Shown here in pieces: positions 27,818-38,026 of a stretch of 64,000 nt of DNA. Position 1 is the first letter of the stretch. Every line of letters begins with the position of its first letter. Location of the stretch: the NCBI GenBank assembly GCA_020697715.1, contig JAEHCO010000001.1, positions 224,001-288,000 of the forward strand, given 5' to 3'. The notes beneath the pieces are model-generated. The model saw only the letters and a program-made list of their open reading frames with translations, searched no databases and was not told where the DNA came from. Made by a program: the position numbers and the translations under genes. This DNA comes from Methanobacteriota archaeon (GTDB lineage Archaea > Thermoplasmatota > Thermoplasmata > SG8-5 > JAGLSY01).

Positions 27818-29572
27818 ATGACTCCCATAATGTTACTGATCGCCATCATGGTCTTCACTCTGATCGGCTGCGGCTTCGGAATATTGACCGGACTTATACC
27901 AGGAATTCATGTGAACAATGTCGCTCACATGGTGCTTGTCTCCCAGACCGTGATAATATCACTGGCCACCATGCTTTTCGGCTGGGCCGGACCCGAGACC
28001 AAGGATATCATAATCATCATATCCAGCCTGATAATCGGAACAGTCGTCACCCATACTTTTCTGGATTTCATTCCTTCGGTATTTCTGGGGGCCCCGGATG
28101 GCGATACCGCGCTTTCCGTCCTGCCAGGACACAGGATGTTGATGGAAGGTCGTGGCTTCGAGGCTGTCAAATGCTCGGCCACTGGTAGCTTTGGAGCGAT
28201 GATATTCGCTCTTATCCTACTAATCCCACTGAGGCTGTTCATCGGCGAGCCAGTCAATGCCTATGTCGCCTTCGAGCCCTTCATTCATTTTGTCCTGATC
28301 TGCGTCAGCACCTTCCTGATACTTGGAGAGACCGCCAGTGCCAAAGAGGAGTTCAATCTGAACGATGTGGAGATGAAGGGATTCGTAATGAGTGGGAATG
28401 TGGGCGTGGATCATTGCGCCCACAGTTCCATGCTGAAACCAGATATGGGTGAGCTGGACGCGGAAGGCTTGGAGATGAGCGCCATGCACGGCACTGTGGA
28501 GAACGTATTGGGCGATGAGACGATAATACTGGCAGATGATAAGAGCAGGTCGAAGGTCAAGGTCCACCTCCACAAGTGGAATCATCGAGTTCCGGAGGTC
28601 GGCCAGCAGGTCGTGGCAATTGGTGATGTAGTTCCAAAGGTGACATGGAAGGACCATATGCTGAAGCGCGGTATGGCATTGGGCATCTTTCTGCTATCTG
28701 GAATATTGGGCATCATACTCCTGGCCCCCTCTGGTCTTGTGGGCCAGAACCTCTACTTGATAAGATTCGCATCCTCAGATACTGGCATCATCTTATTATT
28801 CCCGATGTTCACCGGGCTTTTTGGTCTTTCCACCATGCTGCTCAGCCTGAAGGATAAGCCAGTCATTCCAAAACAAAATACCGAGGATGTGAAGATCAAT
28901 GTCAGCCCCAGGAGGCAGTTGAAAGCCATAGTTTCCGGAAGCCTGGCCAGTGTTTCGTCATTGTTCCCAGGGATATCCAGTGCGATCGCCACGATGATAG
29001 CTGTCAATATGCACGGTAACAAAGACAGCGAGGGCGCGAAAGGTGGCAAAGGACAGAAGGGGAGGGGGAAGAAGGATCGCAAATGTAAAAATGAAAGAAA
29101 TGAGAATGATGAGGCCAGTGAGTTCATCATTTCGGTTTCCTCGGTCAACACATCAGTGGGGATAATCAATTTACTAGCACTGTTCATAATCATGAAGTCC
29201 AGGAGCGGGGCGATGAAGGCAGTGGAGGCGATAATGGGCCCGGATATATCTCCCTGGACCACGATATCCAATGTGCCACTGGAGCTGGCATCACTTTTGG
29301 TCGCGGCCCTGCTGGCATCCATCGTCGCTCTGTGGCTCACCCTGAAGTTCGGAAAGATATTTGCCACCCATTTCAGCAAGATAGATTATGAAAAGTTAGT
29401 ATGGGTGGTCATCGTGTTCCTTATCGGCATGATCGGCATATTCTCCGGAATACTGGGTCTTGTCATATTGGGTATCACGACCTTCATGGGATTGATCCCT
29501 CCATTGATGGGTGTGAAAAGAGTTCATTTGATGGGGAGCTTGGTATTGCCAGTCATCATGTATTTCATGTAG
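27818..29572 (+). CDS. TctA-like (tripartite tricarboxylate transporter family) archaeal membrane protein with soluble insertion
   Basis: GLIPGIHVN, THTFLDFIPSVFLGAPD, LSVLPGH, RSGAM, GVKRVHLMG. Confidence 0.82.
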   Translation: MTPIMLLIAIMVFTLIGCGFGILTGLIPGIHVNNVAHMVLVSQTVIISLATMLFGWAGPETKDIIIIISSLIIGTVVTHTFLDFIPSVFLGAPDGDTALSVLPGHRMLMEGRGFEAVKCSATGSFGAMIFALILLIPLRLFIGEPVNAYVAFEPFIHFVLICVSTFLILGETASAKEEFNLNDVEMKGFVMSGNVGVDHCAHSSMLKPDMGELDAEGLEMSAMHGTVENVLGDETIILADDKSRSKVKVHLHKWNHRVPEVGQQVVAIGDVVPKVTWKDHMLKRGMALGIFLLSGILGIILLAPSGLVGQNLYLIRFASSDTGIILLFPMFTGLFGLSTMLLSLKDKPVIPKQNTEDVKINVSPRRQLKAIVSGSLASVSSLFPGISSAIATMIAVNMHGNKDSEGAKGGKGQKGRGKKDRKCKNERNENDEASEFIISVSSVNTSVGIINLLALFIIMKSRSGAMKAVEAIMGPDISPWTTISNVPLELASLLVAALLASIVALWLTLKFGKIFATHFSKIDYEKLVWVVIVFLIGMIGIFSGILGLVILGITTFMGLIPPLMGVKRVHLMGSLVLPVIMYFM

Positions 29573-29679
29573 GATGATTACATGAGATCATATGGGGCCG
29601 AATCCCAGCATAGCTGGGAGTCGGATATAGAAATATTTTTATATCCTTGAGGATATTTACATCTTTGGGGTAATGCATA

Positions 29680-29793
29680 ATGCGTGACTTCGACGAAGAT
29701 GATTATGACTACGATCTCGACTACGGCGTTTGCCAAGCTTGTCACAAACGTAAAGAACTCAATTACGATGGAGTATGTTGGGATTGTGAATGA
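29680..29793 (+). CDS. 37-aa acidic zinc-finger microprotein
   Basis: MRDFDEDDYDYDLDYGVCQACHKRKELNYDGVCWDCE*; two CxxC pairs; GGGGTAA RBS-like. Confidence 0.6.
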   Translation: MRDFDEDDYDYDLDYGVCQACHKRKELNYDGVCWDCE

Positions 29794-29896
29794 TGAATGA
29801 ACAAAGATTATGAGAATATTCTTTGAACCCCTTTCCGGTTTTTTCAATGATCAGCGTGAGCGAGGCTGGTTGACTAGCAATAAGTACTGCTGGTCA

Positions 29897-30748
29897 TTAT
29901 CCAGTATGAACCTCGACTATCTGCAAACTCAGATCACTGGCTCTGGTACTGTGGGTGAGCCAGCCCAGAGAGATGACATCCGCGGACTTCGCATATTCCT
30001 CTATGTTATCTGGGGTAATGCCGCCAGAAATCTCTATCACGATATCCGGATCGATCTTTCTAACTTCCTCAGCAACCGCCTCCACCTCGAAGGGCGCCAT
30101 ATTGTCCAGCATGATGATGTCCGGTCCTGCTTTCGCGGCTTCTATAGCTCCACCCATGTCCACCACTTCGACCTCGATCTTGATGCGCTGGCCGCCAGGT
30201 CCAGGGTTGCTATCAGAGTATGACTTCGCCTTTTCAATGGCGAAGGTTATAGACCCCACCATCATCAGGTGATTGTCCTTGATAAGAATTTGATCGTACA
30301 GACCCACACGGTGACTGACCCCCCCGCCCAGGACGACCGCCTTCTTCTCATACTCTCGAAAACCCGGCGTGGTCTTTCGAGTGGCCGATATCTTGACATC
30401 CGGGTTGATCGCATGGCACTTGTCAATAAGGTCTCGAGTGGTGGTGGCGATCCCGCTCATCTTGCACATGAAATTCAGTGCAAGTCTTTCCGTTCTCAGA
30501 AGTTCACGAGCCCCGCCAGTTATGCTCAAGATCTCCTGACCGTCCTTGACATGATCACCGTCCCGGAACTTGGGGATCGCTCTCAATCCCTCATTCTCGA
30601 AGATCTTCACAGCTTCTTCCAGGCCCGCGATTACGCAATCTTCCTTGGCGATTATCCTGGCTCCTGCTCTTTCGTTGCTCAAAAGAGCAGTGCTGGTCAC
30701 ATCGCCTGTACCCAGGTCCTCTGGTAGAAAATCATAGGGCTCTGTCAT
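29897..30748 (-). CDS. nadC: nicotinate-nucleotide pyrophosphorylase (carboxylating)
   Basis: EDLGTGDVT, ERLALN, TRKTTPG, HR.GL, LIKDNH, EVEV, IMLDN, SGGI. Confidence 0.95.
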   Translation of the reverse strand: MTEPYDFLPEDLGTGDVTSTALLSNERAGARIIAKEDCVIAGLEEAVKIFENEGLRAIPKFRDGDHVKDGQEILSITGGARELLRTERLALNFMCKMSGIATTTRDLIDKCHAINPDVKISATRKTTPGFREYEKKAVVLGGGVSHRVGLYDQILIKDNHLMMVGSITFAIEKAKSYSDSNPGPGGQRIKIEVEVVDMGGAIEAAKAGPDIIMLDNMAPFEVEAVAEEVRKIDPDIVIEISGGITPDNIEEYAKSADVISLGWLTHSTRASDLSLQIVEVHTG

Positions 30749-30802
30749 GCTGATATCTCCGTCATGCTGTCTGTCATGTTATCCATGATAAAAAAGGTTT
30801 GT

Positions 30803-31456
30803 TCAGCAATCGGGCTGATGATCGCCATTATGGATCTTTTTGACGATCTTTCTGGACCTGGCTATATTGATGGCCGCGTCCTTATCGGATTCCATGTTCT
30901 TGGTAAGCTTGGTGGTCTTGAACTCGTTCATGAGTTCGACAACAGTGAAGGAATCGGCCACATTATCCAGTATGAAATCCCTTGACTCCGGGGCTCCATT
31001 GCCCATCTTCAGTCTGGATGTCCTGAAAATATAGCTATCCAGCATATGATGGATTATCTCCGCGCATTTATCCCATGATCTGGCCTGACTGACCTCCAGA
31101 ACCTCATTGTTGACAAGGACAGCGATACCCGGTTCCTTGCCCGGATCCACTCCTATGACGAGTTCCTCGAAGATCTCTATCCCGGTCAATGCCTGGAATG
31201 CCTGTCTTATGCCTTTGTAAATATCATCCACGGGGATGATCGGCATGGAGCTTCCCCAGGCGGTTCTCTCCACCTTATCCACATCGCACTGGCTTGTCAA
31301 TATCACGCCAATGTCCATGGGTGGTGCTTCTCCAAAGTTCAAGCTTCTGAAAGGAAGTCCTCTGAATCGCAGTTCCTTGACCAGATCGAAAAAAAGCCTG
31401 GAATCGCCGGTCAGTAATCCGATTATCTTCTTGTCATCATTAACCTGATTGTTCAA
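30803..31456 (-). CDS. hypothetical protein with YqgF/RNase H-like fold
   Basis: VIGVDPGKEPGIAV, GNG, NE..TT, DKDAAINIA. Confidence 0.6.
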   Translation of the reverse strand: MNNQVNDDKKIIGLLTGDSRLFFDLVKELRFRGLPFRSLNFGEAPPMDIGVILTSQCDVDKVERTAWGSSMPIIPVDDIYKGIRQAFQALTGIEIFEELVIGVDPGKEPGIAVLVNNEVLEVSQARSWDKCAEIIHHMLDSYIFRTSRLKMGNGAPESRDFILDNVADSFTVVELMNEFKTTKLTKNMESDKDAAINIARSRKIVKKIHNGDHQPDC

Positions 31457-31465
31457 AAGATCCCT

Positions 31466-32014
31466 CTATTGATCCATAAGTGAAAAATCGAACTCGCACA
31501 TAGGGCAGGCGGTCGCATTATCATCCACTGGCGCACCGCATAATTGACAATGGATGGATTCGTCCATCAGGATATCCTCGACATCTGGTGTGAATATCGG
31601 GCCGATAAGGTCCTTGGTCCCATCCCATACATCCATATCCCCATTCCAATTCTCCGCAACCTTGCCGAACTTCTCTTCGATGATCTCCAGCGAGCGTGCG
31701 ACCTCATGGTTCATCTTGGCCGTTGCCCTTCCCGAATACACCACGGCCAGATAGAAGTTCTTTGCCAATTCGATCATGATATTCTTATTCTCGAACTCCA
31801 GTTTCTTCAATGACCAGGTGCCATCCCCAAAGGCATCTTTCACAAAAGACTGGACTGCTGTCAACATACCTATGGTGACATCGTAATCCACCTCGGTGTT
31901 CTGCTCAATGTCCATGAACTCGATGAGGCATCCGCTCTTGTGTACGAGGAATACTTCTTCGATGACCGGGGTATTATCTTCAGAGCCCATGGAATGTCCA
32001 CCTGAACTAATCAT
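31466..32014 (-). CDS. longin/roadblock-like domain protein with C-terminal zinc ribbon
   Basis: IEEVFLVHKSGCLI...GMLTAVQSFVKDAF...LEFENKNIMIE...LAVV...WNGD; CQLC..CPMC. Confidence 0.65.
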   Translation of the reverse strand: MISSGGHSMGSEDNTPVIEEVFLVHKSGCLIEFMDIEQNTEVDYDVTIGMLTAVQSFVKDAFGDGTWSLKKLEFENKNIMIELAKNFYLAVVYSGRATAKMNHEVARSLEIIEEKFGKVAENWNGDMDVWDGTKDLIGPIFTPDVEDILMDESIHCQLCGAPVDDNATACPMCEFDFSLMDQ

Positions 32015-32088
32015 GAATATACGAGGGGGGATAAGTAGATTTTGGGAGGATTGGGATGATTTACGGAGCCTAGGTGTGTAGGAATTAC

Positions 32089-32232
32089 AGAAAGATTGAC
32101 CTCCCCGCCCTCCGCTTCGCTCCAGACAGGGTGTCGAATATCAAAGCACTCTATGACTGTCACTCACTGGCACATCACTGAGAGTACCCCGCCCTGCTGA
32201 ATATTTATCGAATGGTCCAGACGGGGCATGTT
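32089..32232 (-). repeat. repeat family A, copy 2
   Basis: Reverse complement aligns almost base-for-base with 6811-6954. Confidence 0.88.
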
Positions 32233-32251
32233 GTAGAGAACTTGTTGGGAT

Positions 32252-33109
32252 TCAGTAGGCTGTCGTCATGTCGATTAGTCCGCGACTTCTGGCAACATAG
32301 TCACCCAATTTGAAGATGCCAACGGAGATTATCGCGAATACGATCGTGCTGATGCTGAGTATCCATAGACTATCGACCGTGGATATGCCAGCTAATGCCG
32401 TGTCTATCCCAACTCCCAGATCCAATGTCCTTCTTATCAGCTCCAGCCAGTAGGTGACTGGCAGTACCTTGGCCAAGGATATGCCCCATGCTGGAAGTAT
32501 GCTTATTGGGAATATGACGCCACAAAACATGTAGAAGATGCCAGCGACTCCCTCGTTCATGCCCATGGAATGCTTCGCTGTCAGGAAAGAAAGACCTGCC
32601 AATGCTAGGCCGAAAGACATCACACACGCTAATCCGATGAACATCACGACAATGAACAAGAGCCAGTTGACCCCCAGGATGTCGAGTGGGACTCCCAGGA
32701 AGAACACTCCGAAGGCCATTGTCACGATCACGGCCAATGTGGTTACCAATAGTTTGCTGATGGTCCTTCCCATCATGTAAACGAAAAAATTGGATGGCGA
32801 TATGTACAGGTACTTGAGGGTTCGATAATGTTCTCTATCATCGTGGATGACCCAGGTTATGCCGAATAAGACTTGGGCGACGAACATGAAGAACGCGTTG
32901 CTCACGTACATGTAGTGAAATAGACCAATATCCGTCTGGCCTCCGATTCCCGCGATGATGCTGTACATGACCACCAGGATCAGTGAGCCCGCTATGGGTT
33001 TGGCTATCGAGTATATGATGAAAGGGAAAGGATCTGTCCAGTTGCTCTCCAACTGCCAGCCCAGCCAAGTGGACCATTTGAAAACACGACGATTCATGCT
33101 CATTGCCAT
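32252..33109 (-). CDS. ABC-2 type transporter permease
   Basis: Six TM segments, DREHYRTLKYLYISP, GVIFPISILP, PVTYWLELIR; start corrected. Confidence 0.85.
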   Translation of the reverse strand: MAMSMNRRVFKWSTWLGWQLESNWTDPFPFIIYSIAKPIAGSLILVVMYSIIAGIGGQTDIGLFHYMYVSNAFFMFVAQVLFGITWVIHDDREHYRTLKYLYISPSNFFVYMMGRTISKLLVTTLAVIVTMAFGVFFLGVPLDILGVNWLLFIVVMFIGLACVMSFGLALAGLSFLTAKHSMGMNEGVAGIFYMFCGVIFPISILPAWGISLAKVLPVTYWLELIRRTLDLGVGIDTALAGISTVDSLWILSISTIVFAIISVGIFKLGDYVARSRGLIDMTTAY

Positions 33110-33957
33110 TTGAGGGTCAGCCTCCCTTCTTTCTTTGCCAGGTTCTCCATGTAGCTCAGGCTGAACCTCGCGAGTATGAGGAATATCACCGTCAGGATGA
33201 TCAAGCATACCAACTCCACCCACAAGGGGAGGAAACCATCGCCAGGGCCGAAGAAACACTGGCGCATTCCATCCAGACCCAGAGTGACTGGTATGATCGA
33301 AGCTCCCACGGCCAGCCAGAAACCAGGATCTCCCATGAGGAATTGAAATCCCTTCACCGGGAAGTAGAATCCGGATACCAAGTAGATGGGCTCTGTCAGA
33401 AGATTGGACATATGCCAGGCCTCCCTACCCCACATCATGTACAGTGAGGCGAACATCATCCCCATTCCATAAAGCGCGGTCATGGTGAATATGAAAATAC
33501 CGATGAACATGAGCGGTTCTTCCAGTGTCAGGGTGATGCCGAAAATGAAAACACCTGCCAGTATCGTGGTCACGGCTCTGACAGTGGATGTGAACATGCC
33601 GCCAATGGCCATACCTGCCATTATGGCCATTCGGGATATCGGTGCGACCATGTAGAGTTCGAGATTGCCCATCTCTTTTTCCCAATAAAGCTGAGCGGCC
33701 ATTCCCCAAAGGACATTCATCCAGTACGCGGTCATGGCCCCACCTATCACGACATATCCAAGATATTGAGGTGGCGCTTGGAGCGCGGTGTAAACATATA
33801 TGTAAGCGGCTATGGCCAGTATAGGAAAGAAGGTGTCAAAGAACACCCAGGACGGTTCCCGATTCACACCGATGATCCTGGGATACGCTCGGCCGAAGGC
33901 GGTCCTCATGTTCATGACCATCCAAGAGGGTTTTTCATATTCCTCTTCGAACTTCAT
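33100..33957 (-). CDS. ABC-2 type transporter permease
   Basis: EKEMGNLELYMVAP, SGFYFPV, PVTLGLDGMR. Confidence 0.85.
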   Translation of the reverse strand: MKFEEEYEKPSWMVMNMRTAFGRAYPRIIGVNREPSWVFFDTFFPILAIAAYIYVYTALQAPPQYLGYVVIGGAMTAYWMNVLWGMAAQLYWEKEMGNLELYMVAPISRMAIMAGMAIGGMFTSTVRAVTTILAGVFIFGITLTLEEPLMFIGIFIFTMTALYGMGMMFASLYMMWGREAWHMSNLLTEPIYLVSGFYFPVKGFQFLMGDPGFWLAVGASIIPVTLGLDGMRQCFFGPGDGFLPLWVELVCLIILTVIFLILARFSLSYMENLAKKEGRLTLKWQ

Positions 33958-34029
33958 TCCGCATCCCCTCCAGATATCGTTCCAAAAAAGCAAACTGGAT
34001 AGGCAGTTGATGAAGTGGAGCGGGTGATC

Positions 34030-35028
34030 TTACTCGTCACCATGCAATCCCCTTCCCACAAGTGCCACGAAGACATCTTCCAAAGTTGGTTCCGTCTTCT
34101 CCACACTGATTATCTTCGAGCCACATTTGGGGATCTCGGATATGATATCGGCCACGATGGCCTCGTCCTCCAATATGAATTTTAGATCTGTAGTTCCAGT
34201 GGTCGGATCATGCTTGAAGGAAAAGTTCCTCACACCGGGAATGGACTCAAAGGGCTTGACATCCGCGATCTGTTTGATCTGTAATTTCAGGGCAGATTCT
34301 TTAGATATAAGCTTCTTCAAATTATGAGGTGTGTCACAAGCCAGTACTTTTCCATTATCGATTATCGCCACTCTGTCGCAAAGCTCCTCGGCCTCCACCA
34401 TGTAATGGGTTGTCAGAAGAACAGTTCGCGATGGCTTGTCCTTCATCCACTTGTGAATGAAATCACGAATAAGCCTGGAAGCATTGACGTCCAGACCCAA
34501 AGTTGGCTCGTCCAGGAATATCAGATCCGGATCGGTCATGAAGCCCCGGATCATATTGGCCTTCTGCCTCTGGCCAGTGGATAGGGTCCTGACCTTCGCG
34601 TCCTTCTTATCGGACAGGTCCATTATCTCCAACATATTGTCAATACGCCTCTTTGCCAATTTACTCGGCATGCCGTAGAACTGGGAGAACATCCAAAGGT
34701 TCTCCCTCACTGTAAGAAGTCCATAGCCAGATGTTTCCCCGCCGGAGACCATGTTTATCTTCTGTCTTATGTCCTGGCAATGTGTATTCACATCATGTCC
34801 CATGACCTTCGCAGTACCGGATGATGGAAGCAACAATGTGCAGAGGATCTTGATCAAGGTGGTCTTTCCAGCCCCATTCGGACCAAGAAGTCCAAACAAC
34901 TCGCCTTCTTTGATCTGGATGTTCGCATTTTCGAGGGCATGCACTGTGCTTTTCTTGCTTTCGCCCTTGACTTGGCGTACTTTGAAATCCCGGCATAGAT
35001 CCGAGGTCTCGACAGCGTATTTTGTCAT
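34030..35028 (-). CDS. ABC-2 type transporter ATP-binding protein
   Basis: GPNGAGKTT, LSTGQRQK, LDEPTLGLD, TTHYM, PTLEDVF. Confidence 0.92.
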   Translation of the reverse strand: MTKYAVETSDLCRDFKVRQVKGESKKSTVHALENANIQIKEGELFGLLGPNGAGKTTLIKILCTLLLPSSGTAKVMGHDVNTHCQDIRQKINMVSGGETSGYGLLTVRENLWMFSQFYGMPSKLAKRRIDNMLEIMDLSDKKDAKVRTLSTGQRQKANMIRGFMTDPDLIFLDEPTLGLDVNASRLIRDFIHKWMKDKPSRTVLLTTHYMVEAEELCDRVAIIDNGKVLACDTPHNLKKLISKESALKLQIKQIADVKPFESIPGVRNFSFKHDPTTGTTDLKFILEDEAIVADIISEIPKCGSKIISVEKTEPTLEDVFVALVGRGLHGDE

Positions 35029-35159
35029 TTATTCATCCCTCTGGTAGGCATTATGATCGGCGTGACGAACCTCATGGTGAAGGGTTCATCTAATTAACAT
35101 ATCAAAAAGAATTTTGAGCTGATACAGATGCACAATGGGAGCCTATCCCCATTGTGGGG

Positions 35160-35351
35160 TTAGGCCTCGTAGTGCTGTCTGTAGCGGGTTACGTATCCAG
35201 CAATGCGGTTCCTCATCATTATGGAGACCACATCTGTAAGTTCGGAGACCATCTTTTTATTGTGTTGATAGTCGTCCGTGAACTTCTCCGGATACAGCTT
35301 CACCAGCTCGATGGCAACTCTTTTGATATATGTTGGCCTTATGTTTCCCAT
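35160..35351 (-). CDS. rps17e: 30S ribosomal protein S17e
   Basis: [11 protein letters not shown]...[10 protein letters not shown]...[10 protein letters not shown]. Confidence 0.95.
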   Translation of the reverse strand: MGNIRPTYIKRVAIELVKLYPEKFTDDYQHNKKMVSELTDVVSIMMRNRIAGYVTRYRQHYEA

Positions 35352-35513
35352 GACTGTACCTCGAAACTGCTGAAGAACTTTTCATACATAAACCTTTACA
35401 TGGAAATTGCTAAATTATTTATAAATTTAAGTCAAAACAAAAACTATATATTTATTAAGACATATTGGTGATAAGGAAGACACAGAGTTCTTCATCAAGG
35501 GGTAGGACAGCGA

Positions 35514-37070
35514 ATGGCTTTATTTAAAAAGAAGAAGAAAAAAGAGGATTCACATTCAGAAGCAGATGTGAACCTTGGAGATATGGGCGCATTGACAGAT
35601 GCCGATAGATCCAGTTTTTCAAAGAAGAAAAAGTCAGAGACATTCACCTTCGAAGAGGTGGATGAGATCACCGAGCCTGAAGAAGAGGTATTTGAAATTC
35701 AGGAAGAGGAAGTTCAGGAGGATGAGACTCAGGAATATGAAGCTCCTGAGCCTGATTACGAAGAGCCTGACATTGCATTATCACAGCCAACCGAGGAAGA
35801 GGATATCGATATTGATTTTTCAGAGATCGAAGATGAGATCGTACTACAGACTGACATTGTTGAAGAAGAGAATGGCTTCGACATAGACGATATACTTCCC
35901 CCGGAGCTACTGGTCATCGAAGAGCTCGAATACATGGAGGAAGAGGAAGAAGAGGTCGTCGAGGTTGTGGAAGAAGCTGACGATAAGGAATCTGATGGCG
36001 AGCAGCAGAAATTAGGATTCATGGCAGCCAGGAAGTTCATGGGCGAGAAAAGGAAACAACTGGATGATAGGGAAGAAGAATTAAGCCAATATGACCAACA
36101 GCAGAAGACCCGTGATCAGCAATTGGATGAGAGAGAGGCTCAGCTGGATACGAAGAATATGCAGATACAAACCGATCTGCAGATACTTCAGGATAAAGCA
36201 GCAGCACTTGAAAAAAGGGAAGCCCAGCAGAATGAGCGTGATTCCCTAATGGATCAAAGAGATAGTGAACTGGTAGCCCAGGAAGATTATATCAAAGAGC
36301 GGGAACAGGCCTTTGATGAGAGGGAGGTCCAGCTGCATGAGAAGAAAGAGCAGCAGGATGCCAGGGAAGCGAAGCTCGCCGATAGAGCAAGTAATCTGAC
36401 AGAGATGGAAGATGATTTCAGAGAAAGAGAGAAGAAATTCAAAGAGAGCATGTTCGAGCTTACCAATAGGGAGGAGGCCCTCCAAACTGGTGAGCAGGAG
36501 TTCAGCCAGAAAATGGATGAACTTGATGAGAAAAGACTAGCAACCCGTCGCAGAGAGGGAGAGCTGGATGACTTCAGAAGAGAGTTAGAGGCCAAGGAAA
36601 AGGAGTTCGAAGCAAGGGAGATCGATGTCGATTCCAGAGAAGAGGAGATCGCCAGAAAGGACATCGAGATCACCGAGAAAGTGGAGAATGCCAATCGTAT
36701 GATGAACGAGTCGATCCAGAGGGAAGAGGAGCTCAATTCCAAAGAGGTTGGTCTTTCAGAGAAAGAGAGAGAATTGGCCACCAATCAGGAAAGGATCGAT
36801 GAATGGAAGAAGAGACTGGAGGCCAAGGAAGAGGATCTCACGTCCAGGAACAATGAGATCGAATCAAAGATCGCCAATGTCAGATCCCAAGAGAGGGAAT
36901 TGGAAGATCGTAAGGCCAGGATCAAATCCAAGGTCATGGAGATCAAGGAATTGGAGACCGAGACCATCAAGAGAAAGAAGGATGTTGATAAGGTCGAACT
37001 ACTTCTCATAGAAAAAGAGACCGAACTCTTCGAAAAAGAGCAGGGATTGACAAAAAGAGCCGCGAAATAA
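35514..37070 (+). CDS. acidic disordered plus very long coiled-coil protein
   Basis: N-terminal MALFKKKKKK, E/D-rich segment, about 340 aa of L..RE..L heptads. Confidence 0.8.
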   Translation: MALFKKKKKKEDSHSEADVNLGDMGALTDADRSSFSKKKKSETFTFEEVDEITEPEEEVFEIQEEEVQEDETQEYEAPEPDYEEPDIALSQPTEEEDIDIDFSEIEDEIVLQTDIVEEENGFDIDDILPPELLVIEELEYMEEEEEEVVEVVEEADDKESDGEQQKLGFMAARKFMGEKRKQLDDREEELSQYDQQQKTRDQQLDEREAQLDTKNMQIQTDLQILQDKAAALEKREAQQNERDSLMDQRDSELVAQEDYIKEREQAFDEREVQLHEKKEQQDAREAKLADRASNLTEMEDDFREREKKFKESMFELTNREEALQTGEQEFSQKMDELDEKRLATRRREGELDDFRRELEAKEKEFEAREIDVDSREEEIARKDIEITEKVENANRMMNESIQREEELNSKEVGLSEKERELATNQERIDEWKKRLEAKEEDLTSRNNEIESKIANVRSQERELEDRKARIKSKVMEIKELETETIKRKKDVDKVELLLIEKETELFEKEQGLTKRAAK

Positions 37071-37259
37071 TATCACTGGCTCAATTATTCGACATCATAA
37101 AAAGAACTAATATCAATAAATCCAATATTATATATATAAACAGTACTTAATCCGGAATAATAAGTGGTAAAAAATCATATATATACGTTCCACTTTATAT
37201 GTGCAAGAGTTCCAAAATGACCACTGGTTATCAGGTGGTCAATATTTGGGGGACTGAAA

Positions 37260-37991
37260 ATGGACGGAGAACAAGACTCAGGGAATAAGGACAAGAGAAT
37301 ACCGACTTACGTCATCAATCTGGATGACATACTTCAAGGTGGCGTGCCCGTAGAGTACATCACTCTATTATGTGGCCACGCTGGAACCATGAAATCATCT
37401 GTTGGATACAGCATTATCTATAATGGTGCCAAGAACGATGGTCTCAAATCCATATATCTGACCCTGGAGCAGGGTAAGCAGAGCATTCTGGAACACATGG
37501 AAAGATTGGGAATGCCTTCAGCAGGATTGGACAATCTTGTAGTAGTTGACCTTTCGAAAGTAAGGAAGGACATCGTCATGGACAAGACAAAGCCACAGAA
37601 TGTGGACTGGCTTAAATCCATTATCGGCGTTCTGAAGAATTACAAAGAAAGGTTTGGATGCGAAGTTCTTGTATTGGACTCGCTCGCAGCGCTTTATGCA
37701 TTGGCTACCTTCAAGAACCCGCGTGGGGAACTGTTCCATTTCTTCGAGCAGATAAGACAGCTGGGAGTAACAACCTTCCTTATCTCCGAAATGCCAACAG
37801 ACAGAGAGGTCTTTGGTCTTTACGGAATTGAGGATTTCCTTTCAGATGGTATCATACACCTGAAAGTTGAGGAAACAGATCAGGGAGCTAACCTGTATCT
37901 GGGTGTTGTGAAGATGAGGAAGACCCACCACTCAAGGAAATATCACCCATTGATATTTGAGAGCGGTTCCTTCGAAGTCGTCCAGCAGTGA
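37260..37991 (+). CDS. KaiC/RAD55-like single-domain ATPase
   Basis: RIPTYVINLD, Walker A GHAGTMKSS, TLEQ, VLDSL, TTFLISE, FLSDGIIHL, VVKMR. Confidence 0.85.
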   Translation: MDGEQDSGNKDKRIPTYVINLDDILQGGVPVEYITLLCGHAGTMKSSVGYSIIYNGAKNDGLKSIYLTLEQGKQSILEHMERLGMPSAGLDNLVVVDLSKVRKDIVMDKTKPQNVDWLKSIIGVLKNYKERFGCEVLVLDSLAALYALATFKNPRGELFHFFEQIRQLGVTTFLISEMPTDREVFGLYGIEDFLSDGIIHLKVEETDQGANLYLGVVKMRKTHHSRKYHPLIFESGSFEVVQQ

Positions 37992-38026
37992 TCCAGATCG
38001 GAGATATTTATCTCAGGTGATACCTA

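Noticed and set aside
32175-32200. CTGAGAGTACCC in repeat family A resembling a TPP riboswitch or hammerhead core
   Set aside because: The downstream TPP elements (ACCTGAT..AATG..CGNAGG) and the hammerhead GAAA are missing, and the copies are not upstream of thiamine genes.
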